64,000 nucleotides of DNA, taken from a virus. Location: positions 1 through 64,000 of the IMG/VR virus record IMGVR_UViG_3300033233_000017; one strand, given 5' to 3'. The notes below the pieces were generated by a model, which saw only the letters and a program-made list of their open reading frames with translations, was not told the DNA's origin and did not search any database. Below are positions 58,911 to 64,000 of this stretch, one piece after another. Both the position numbers and the translations under genes were made by a program. The number at the start of each line of letters is the position of its first letter. The first letter of the stretch is position 1.

Positions 58911-59351
58911 ATGAAAGCCATCGTGTTGCTGTTGTTCGCTGTACTCTCTTCCGCCGCGACCATCGACCGAGAGATCGAATCCGCGCAGATTACGCCGATC
59001 AATCACAGAGCATGTTTACTATTCGTTAGCCTCGGGATCGAGAAAATCGAGAACTGCCGTCCCCACATCGCGGTGACTTGGACTTATACCGCGAAGCCGC
59101 TGAAACGCGGAGAACTCTTTCGCATTGAACTCACCTATGCGGATGCAACCGGAATGTGGCGCACCCTTACGCAATATCCCGAACGCGCGCAGAGTCGATT
59201 CCCTGTCCGCTTCACCCAACTATGCGCCTTCGATGTGGAGGAATTTTCAAGGCCCCGTGTCGTCATCACGCGCATGGTGATGACAGAGCAGGTCGAGGCC
59301 GCTACTGACGGAAGTGCTCCGATAGAATCGGACACCGCTCCGGGGATGTGA
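58911..59351 (+). CDS. Exported hypothetical protein, moron-like and opposite to the late operon
   Basis: Signal peptide MKAIVLLLFAVLSSA; AT-rich upstream gap. Confidence 0.55.
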   Translation: MKAIVLLLFAVLSSAATIDREIESAQITPINHRACLLFVSLGIEKIENCRPHIAVTWTYTAKPLKRGELFRIELTYADATGMWRTLTQYPERAQSRFPVRFTQLCAFDVEEFSRPRVVITRMVMTEQVEAATDGSAPIESDTAPGM

Positions 59352-59357
59352 TCCCCG

Positions 59358-59597
59358 CTATTCGTGAGTATGCGCCGGCGCGACGGAGCGTAGCCCCATC
59401 CCAGGCATGGGGTCTTTCGGTTCTTCGGGAGGCTCCAGCCCGTACATATTCTCCTGCAACCGGAACCCTTCCATGCTGTGCTGCGTGGCGATCACCTGAA
59501 GCGCCACGTCAAGGGACCGCTTCGCCATGAGTAAGTCCTGGTTCAGTCGCAGAACCATCTCTCGCTCTGCCACCGTAAAGGTGTAGCTTGTTTTCAT
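59358..59597 (-). CDS. Small protein after the tail fibre gene, possible chaperone
   Basis: 79-aa ORF, AGAGG RBS. Confidence 0.5.
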   Translation of the reverse strand: MKTSYTFTVAEREMVLRLNQDLLMAKRSLDVALQVIATQHSMEGFRLQENMYGLEPPEEPKDPMPGMGLRSVAPAHTHE

Positions 59598-59619
59598 CTT
59601 TACGCCTCTATTCTGAGTA

Positions 59620-62600
59620 TCAACCCCACCATGTTACCAGCGTACGGAAGCAGTTCGGAAGAGATTTAACCACGACGTAGAAGGCATTCCCGTCCCACTG
59701 CAATGCAAACTCCTGATCGTTGAGCGCCGCCCTTACCTGCGCATCCGTATAGGCGCTATTGAAGTACCGCAGTTTCGCCCACGTGAGATCCGTTCCTGCG
59801 TGCTGGTGCGACAGGGGCGCGTACCCGGAGTGGGTATGTGTCGCCGCCGCCTTGTTGCTAAGATCGGTGACTAGATTCGTGACCAGACTTTGAGGCATGG
59901 ACACAGATCCCGATTCCGCAAAAATCGTTGTTCCTCTGATGCGAAGAGAGTATAAGTCCGCAAATCTCCCAAGCACCGAACTAGCCCGAATGTGGTGCGT
60001 AAGGACGTTGTAGTCGTCATACAGTTCCAACCTCGCCCATGCCCCTGCCCCACCACTCTTTAATTCAAAATACATTGCCCCTGATGCTAATCCGGTCGCA
60101 TAGGAGGTTGACGCCAGCGAAAATCCGGAAGCATAATACCTGCTGTCATACCCATTACTGTCAACGGTTTGAGTTTGAGATAAGACCAGCCACCCACTGT
60201 CCAGTTGTCCTGTCTGTACGCTAGATCCGACTGCACTGTATACTGACTTAAAACCAGTGGACGCGTCCACTGTGGTTGTGGTGTGGTACAACGTTGAGGA
60301 GAGAGCTATCTTGCACTGGCGCGTGGAGTTGTTGCCCATAATCACGTCGCCGTTGTTGTCGATGTAGAACGGCGCGTCGGCGGGACTGGTTCCGCCTGCC
60401 CAGAAGTTCGACGCCCATAGCCCCTCGTAGTTCCCGTTAACCCCGGCCCACATGACCATCTTCTCGGTGCCGTTGGGATAGTGCCCGTATACCGCAATCT
60501 GTCCGGGACGCGGCGTTCCGCCTGGGAAGTAGTATCCGACGCGCAAGGTCCCCGTCAACATCTTGTCGGCGGAGATCGAGTTCATCATGAACTTCCCGGT
60601 AGCGGGGTCGAGTTTGAATTCGTCTGTACTGAAACTGCCCAGGTCCGCCCGTCGCAGATCCAGCCCGCCGACCTGCGTGGTGGGCACGATGTCGTAGTGA
60701 TCCGTGCCGCCCGCGAAAGCGTCCGTAACCTTGGTTTCGACACGCTTCTGGCTCATTGCATAGAGAGTCAACCGGTAAGTCCAGGTGCTCTTGCAGATCC
60801 AATCCATGGCGACCACCCAGGTCTTCCCTGCGCCATCCTGGTCCGTCCAGACGCGGTTCTCGCCCAATACTCCGGCGACCGGCTGCATCGTGATCCGGTC
60901 GAGCACCTGCACCCGGAGAGAGTTGTACCACCAGTTCGGATCGGTGCTGGTGTTTACCCCGGTGACTTTCGCGGTCACGTACCAGATCCCGTCGTCGTTC
61001 TTGTAATAACTCAGCGCTCCCACTGTGATGCTGGAGCCAGTGCCCGAGCCCGCCGCGCTTCCAAGTTTCGTGACGGTGAGCGTGACCTTGTTCGAGTTGT
61101 CGGTCGCCACGTCGCTGGACAAGCCTTTGCCGTAGAGCGTCGAACGCGGAGCCAGCACGATTTCCCAGGACTCGTTTGCGGTCAGTGGGCGAGTCTTGTA
61201 AATGGTTGCGTTCTCGTTCTGTCCGACCGCATTGAGGGCGAGGAACAGACCGCAATCGACGTATTCCCCGGTGCCCCGGCGCAACCAGACGTCCACGCCG
61301 TTGATGTCCGCCGCTGGCCTAGTCCACGTGATCGAGATCCCTATGACCTGTTCGCCTGTGACGTCGTTGTGACTGGGAATCTGCGTAGGCGTCCCGACGA
61401 TGGCAGGGAACAGGCGCTCCTGATACTTAGTGACAGAGATTCCGCTGATGATCGAGCCCGTCGCCCCCTCATCCGGCTTGGTGGTGTACCCGTCCTTGCC
61501 GCGCGTCGTCAGCGCGATCTTCCAGGTCGAGTTCGCCATGGGACGGTCATCCCAGAAGGCATCACTGATAATCTGGTCGGCTGGCAGCGTAGCGGTGTAG
61601 GGATAGTAGAACTTGAACTGGTATCCGAACCCGTCGTTCTTGTCCAGGTATACGTCCACTCCGGCGAGGTTGGCGTCGTTCGGAGGCGTGTATTCAAAGG
61701 CCATCCCGACAAACTGCTTCGGGTTAACCTTGACCTGCGGGTCGTAGGTGTAGTTGGGGTTCGACTGCCATCCCGTAGGCCACTGGCTACGCTCCGGCTC
61801 GGTGCCTGCGAGCAGGTGCGCGCCCGTCACCGCAGCCACGGGGACTGCCGTGCTTCCGGGGTCTTGCGGTAGCGTCACTTGCAACGGACAAAGCACGTCC
61901 GCAGCCGCCCGTTCCCCGCGATGGTTGACCGAGTAGTAGTAGAAATGTATGTGCGCAGACGCGGCCTTGGGAAGCTGGAACGTCCCCGTCTTCCACGCGC
62001 CGTTGCCGCTGGAGTCCGCCTTTACCGGGCAGTAGTAGACCTCGTAATCCTGCTCCACCCCGCCGTAGACGTACTTGCCGATGACGCGCATTTCCATGAA
62101 GTACGGGAAATTAGCGTCTGCTATGTTCACGTGGAAACTTCCACTGAGGGTATAGTCGGAGCCGGAAGTTTCGAGCGTGATATATGGTGAGGTTCCAGTC
62201 GGCACGGACACGGGCGGGATGCCCTCCGCGCCGGTCGCGGCCTGCTTGTGGACCGTGCATTCAAAGTAGGTGGTGGATCGGGCACTCTGCTGGCCGTTCG
62301 AATTCACCGAACGCAGATACAACCGCCACACCTCGTCCTCCGCCATGGGGCGCGCGTACCATTGCGTGACGAACTTGGCGTTCCCGCGCCCGACTTCGGA
62401 TTCAGTACCGGCCTCCACCCCTTCGACGATCTTGATCCCCATGACCGCCACGTACGCTCGGTCGGCCACGTAGATATCGTTCTCCGGGAAAACCCAGGAG
62501 CCCTGGAATTTATAGGAAGTGGCGTCCTCGATCACCATCATCCGGTCTGGATTCGTATCGGTCGCATCCAGCACTGGCTCAGGCGGAGGCGGGATTGACG

Positions 62601-62850
62601 GCGGCGTGACGGCGGTGGACGGCAAGGGCTGAACCGGTTGGTTCTGCCAGCGGCGCTTGGTCAGTGCGTTGCGCAGCGCGTCCGGACCGTAGAGCGCGGT
62701 GGCCTGTTCTTCGGTGAGATATCCCTGCCCTACCTGCGAGGACACCTTCTCCAATTCCTCATAGATGGTGTGAAGATGGCGGTTCAGCCAAAACGGTTCT
62801 GCCATGTCCGCCTTGGTGAGACCCTTGAACGCGCCCTCGTTGTCCGCCAC
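59620..62850 (-). CDS. Tail fibre/receptor-binding protein
   Basis: 1076 aa, beta-rich repeats, ISADKMLTGTL, APFYIDNNG, HTH..HQH fibre motifs. Confidence 0.7.
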   Translation of the reverse strand: MADNEGAFKGLTKADMAEPFWLNRHLHTIYEELEKVSSQVGQGYLTEEQATALYGPDALRNALTKRRWQNQPVQPLPSTAVTPPSIPPPPEPVLDATDTNPDRMMVIEDATSYKFQGSWVFPENDIYVADRAYVAVMGIKIVEGVEAGTESEVGRGNAKFVTQWYARPMAEDEVWRLYLRSVNSNGQQSARSTTYFECTVHKQAATGAEGIPPVSVPTGTSPYITLETSGSDYTLSGSFHVNIADANFPYFMEMRVIGKYVYGGVEQDYEVYYCPVKADSSGNGAWKTGTFQLPKAASAHIHFYYYSVNHRGERAAADVLCPLQVTLPQDPGSTAVPVAAVTGAHLLAGTEPERSQWPTGWQSNPNYTYDPQVKVNPKQFVGMAFEYTPPNDANLAGVDVYLDKNDGFGYQFKFYYPYTATLPADQIISDAFWDDRPMANSTWKIALTTRGKDGYTTKPDEGATGSIISGISVTKYQERLFPAIVGTPTQIPSHNDVTGEQVIGISITWTRPAADINGVDVWLRRGTGEYVDCGLFLALNAVGQNENATIYKTRPLTANESWEIVLAPRSTLYGKGLSSDVATDNSNKVTLTVTKLGSAAGSGTGSSITVGALSYYKNDDGIWYVTAKVTGVNTSTDPNWWYNSLRVQVLDRITMQPVAGVLGENRVWTDQDGAGKTWVVAMDWICKSTWTYRLTLYAMSQKRVETKVTDAFAGGTDHYDIVPTTQVGGLDLRRADLGSFSTDEFKLDPATGKFMMNSISADKMLTGTLRVGYYFPGGTPRPGQIAVYGHYPNGTEKMVMWAGVNGNYEGLWASNFWAGGTSPADAPFYIDNNGDVIMGNNSTRQCKIALSSTLYHTTTTVDASTGFKSVYSAVGSSVQTGQLDSGWLVLSQTQTVDSNGYDSRYYASGFSLASTSYATGLASGAMYFELKSGGAGAWARLELYDDYNVLTHHIRASSVLGRFADLYSLRIRGTTIFAESGSVSMPQSLVTNLVTDLSNKAAATHTHSGYAPLSHQHAGTDLTWAKLRYFNSAYTDAQVRAALNDQEFALQWDGNAFYVVVKSLPNCFRTLVTWWG

Positions 62851-62862
62851 GGTCCGCTCTCC

Positions 62863-64000
62863 TTACGACTGCACCTGCATCGCTTCCCAGAGTAAGTTCT
62901 GGTTGTAGCCCTGCCGCTGATCGCCGCTCAATTGTTTCGATTCGACGCGCGAGCCGTCGCCGTAGACTTTGAAGATGTGCTTGGTGCTGTACTCGTCGGC
63001 CACCGATTCGACCTCAAACTTATAGCGGATGCTCTTATTCAAGATCGAGCCCGCGCGCAGCGGGATCAGGAAGTGCTCCACGTCGCGGTAGGTGTGTGGC
63101 GGAAGGCGCTTGGTGTAAAGCAGTTGCCCGCCATCGCGGTAGATCCGGAAGTCCACGGACCCGGCGCTGATATAGTGCAGCCACACCTGCTTCAGAAACT
63201 TGTAGCCTTCGTAACCGAGCACAATCTCGCCGGAGCACCAGTACGTCAGTGGTGCGGGCTCGCGGGCGAAGTTCCAGATCGGAGGATTGGTGAAGAGTTG
63301 GAATTTTCCTCCCGCTCCCGGAGTGGGCACGATGCGAAAGAGCTTGCCGACGATGTTCGGCTGAACCGTCAGGATGCGCGCCCGGTCCAACGTGCCGGAG
63401 TTCACTGAGAAGTTCTGATAGGTGACGCCATCGGCCTGGAATGCTACGTTTGCAGCCACCCCGCTCGTATCCACTCCGAGCGTGAAACTGCGCATGACTT
63501 TCTCGAAGGGATACCCGCAAGCGTCCCATTCGGTCGCGGCGATGGTATCGGGCGGATAGTTGTCCTTGTCGATGGTGTACTTCCACTCCCGGAAGTCAGT
63601 CGGCAACAGCGGAGCGGCCTTCGGATAGATCCGCACCATCTTGACCACTTTCCCGTCCGGGATCAGGAAGGTTTCCAACCTGCGCCCACCCGTCACTAGA
63701 TTGAACTCCATGATTTGGGAAACGGTTTGCGCGCCGGTCAGACCAAATAGACCGTCCATGACCATGGTGGCCGGAGTCGTGACTTCGTATTCGATGATGA
63801 TCTGCTTGAGCTTCTTGTCATAGGGATATCCGAGCGAATCCCAGTCGAAGCTGTGCATCACCGGACCTTTATCGGCAGGCGCGACGATGAAGTCCGGCTT
63901 GGAGAACATCTGGAACTTGCCGTTGGTCCCCGGAGTGACGCGGATACGGGCTTTCTTTCCCGAAATCCCTTGGTGCAACGTAAGGTTCTGCCGACGCGTA
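62863..64000 (-). CDS. Virion structural protein (tail tube/nozzle-like), 5' end outside the window
   Basis: Beta-rich internally repeated ORF (GYPYDK/GYPFEK/GYEGYK) continuing towards the window edge. Confidence 0.55.
   Translation of the reverse strand, partial: TRRQNLTLHQGISGKKARIRVTPGTNGKFQMFSKPDFIVAPADKGPVMHSFDWDSLGYPYDKKLKQIIIEYEVTTPATMVMDGLFGLTGAQTVSQIMEFNLVTGGRRLETFLIPDGKVVKMVRIYPKAAPLLPTDFREWKYTIDKDNYPPDTIAATEWDACGYPFEKVMRSFTLGVDTSGVAANVAFQADGVTYQNFSVNSGTLDRARILTVQPNIVGKLFRIVPTPGAGGKFQLFTNPPIWNFAREPAPLTYWCSGEIVLGYEGYKFLKQVWLHYISAGSVDFRIYRDGGQLLYTKRLPPHTYRDVEHFLIPLRAGSILNKSIRYKFEVESVADEYSTKHIFKVYGDGSRVESKQLSGDQRQGYNQNLLWEAMQVQS

Larger units (their letters stand above)
1..64000. mobile_element. 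Tailed phage/prophage segment with podovirus-like virion module; extends beyond both window ends
   Basis: Dense small hypothetical ORFs, Bet/exonuclease, initiator-DnaB, RusA and GH108 on +; tail, GNAT-like and ejection-type proteins on -; no host housekeeping genes. Confidence 0.9.

Noticed and set aside
59620-62850. Diversity-generating retroelement target in the tail fibre
   Set aside because: No reverse transcriptase or template/variable repeat pair seen in the window

Overview
The window is a segment of a large, GC-rich, podovirus-like tailed phage or prophage. No terminase, capsid or integrase lies inside it. 1-43.5 kb holds early, recombination and replication genes, mostly on +: HTH proteins, vWA, a Ycf46-like AAA module, Bet/RecT plus exonuclease, SF2 helicase, HTH initiator, DnaB, GH108, RusA, an RNA ligase and a TPR-GT9/GT4/methyltransferase cluster. 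43.5-64 kb is a minus-strand virion block: tail proteins, a GNAT-like protein, ejection proteins and a 3115-aa polyvalent protein. Two cargo-carrying IS1595 elements have inserted (6365-9269 and 11049-14009). The most striking system is in the first. A RelE/HigB-like, XRE-HTH, DUF3467-like operon is transcribed divergently from a tRNA with a serine-type body but an Ile (UAU) anticodon. Twin ATAAC-N6-GTTAT palindromes overlap both promoters, and AUA codons are frequent in the element's own genes. Other highlights are an AAA ATPase with Walker B before Walker A, an Acb1-like 2H domain in the polyvalent protein, a 14-bp alternating purine/pyrimidine palindrome scattered through the phage DNA, and several operator families. 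All family calls come from motifs recognised by eye; no database search was run.
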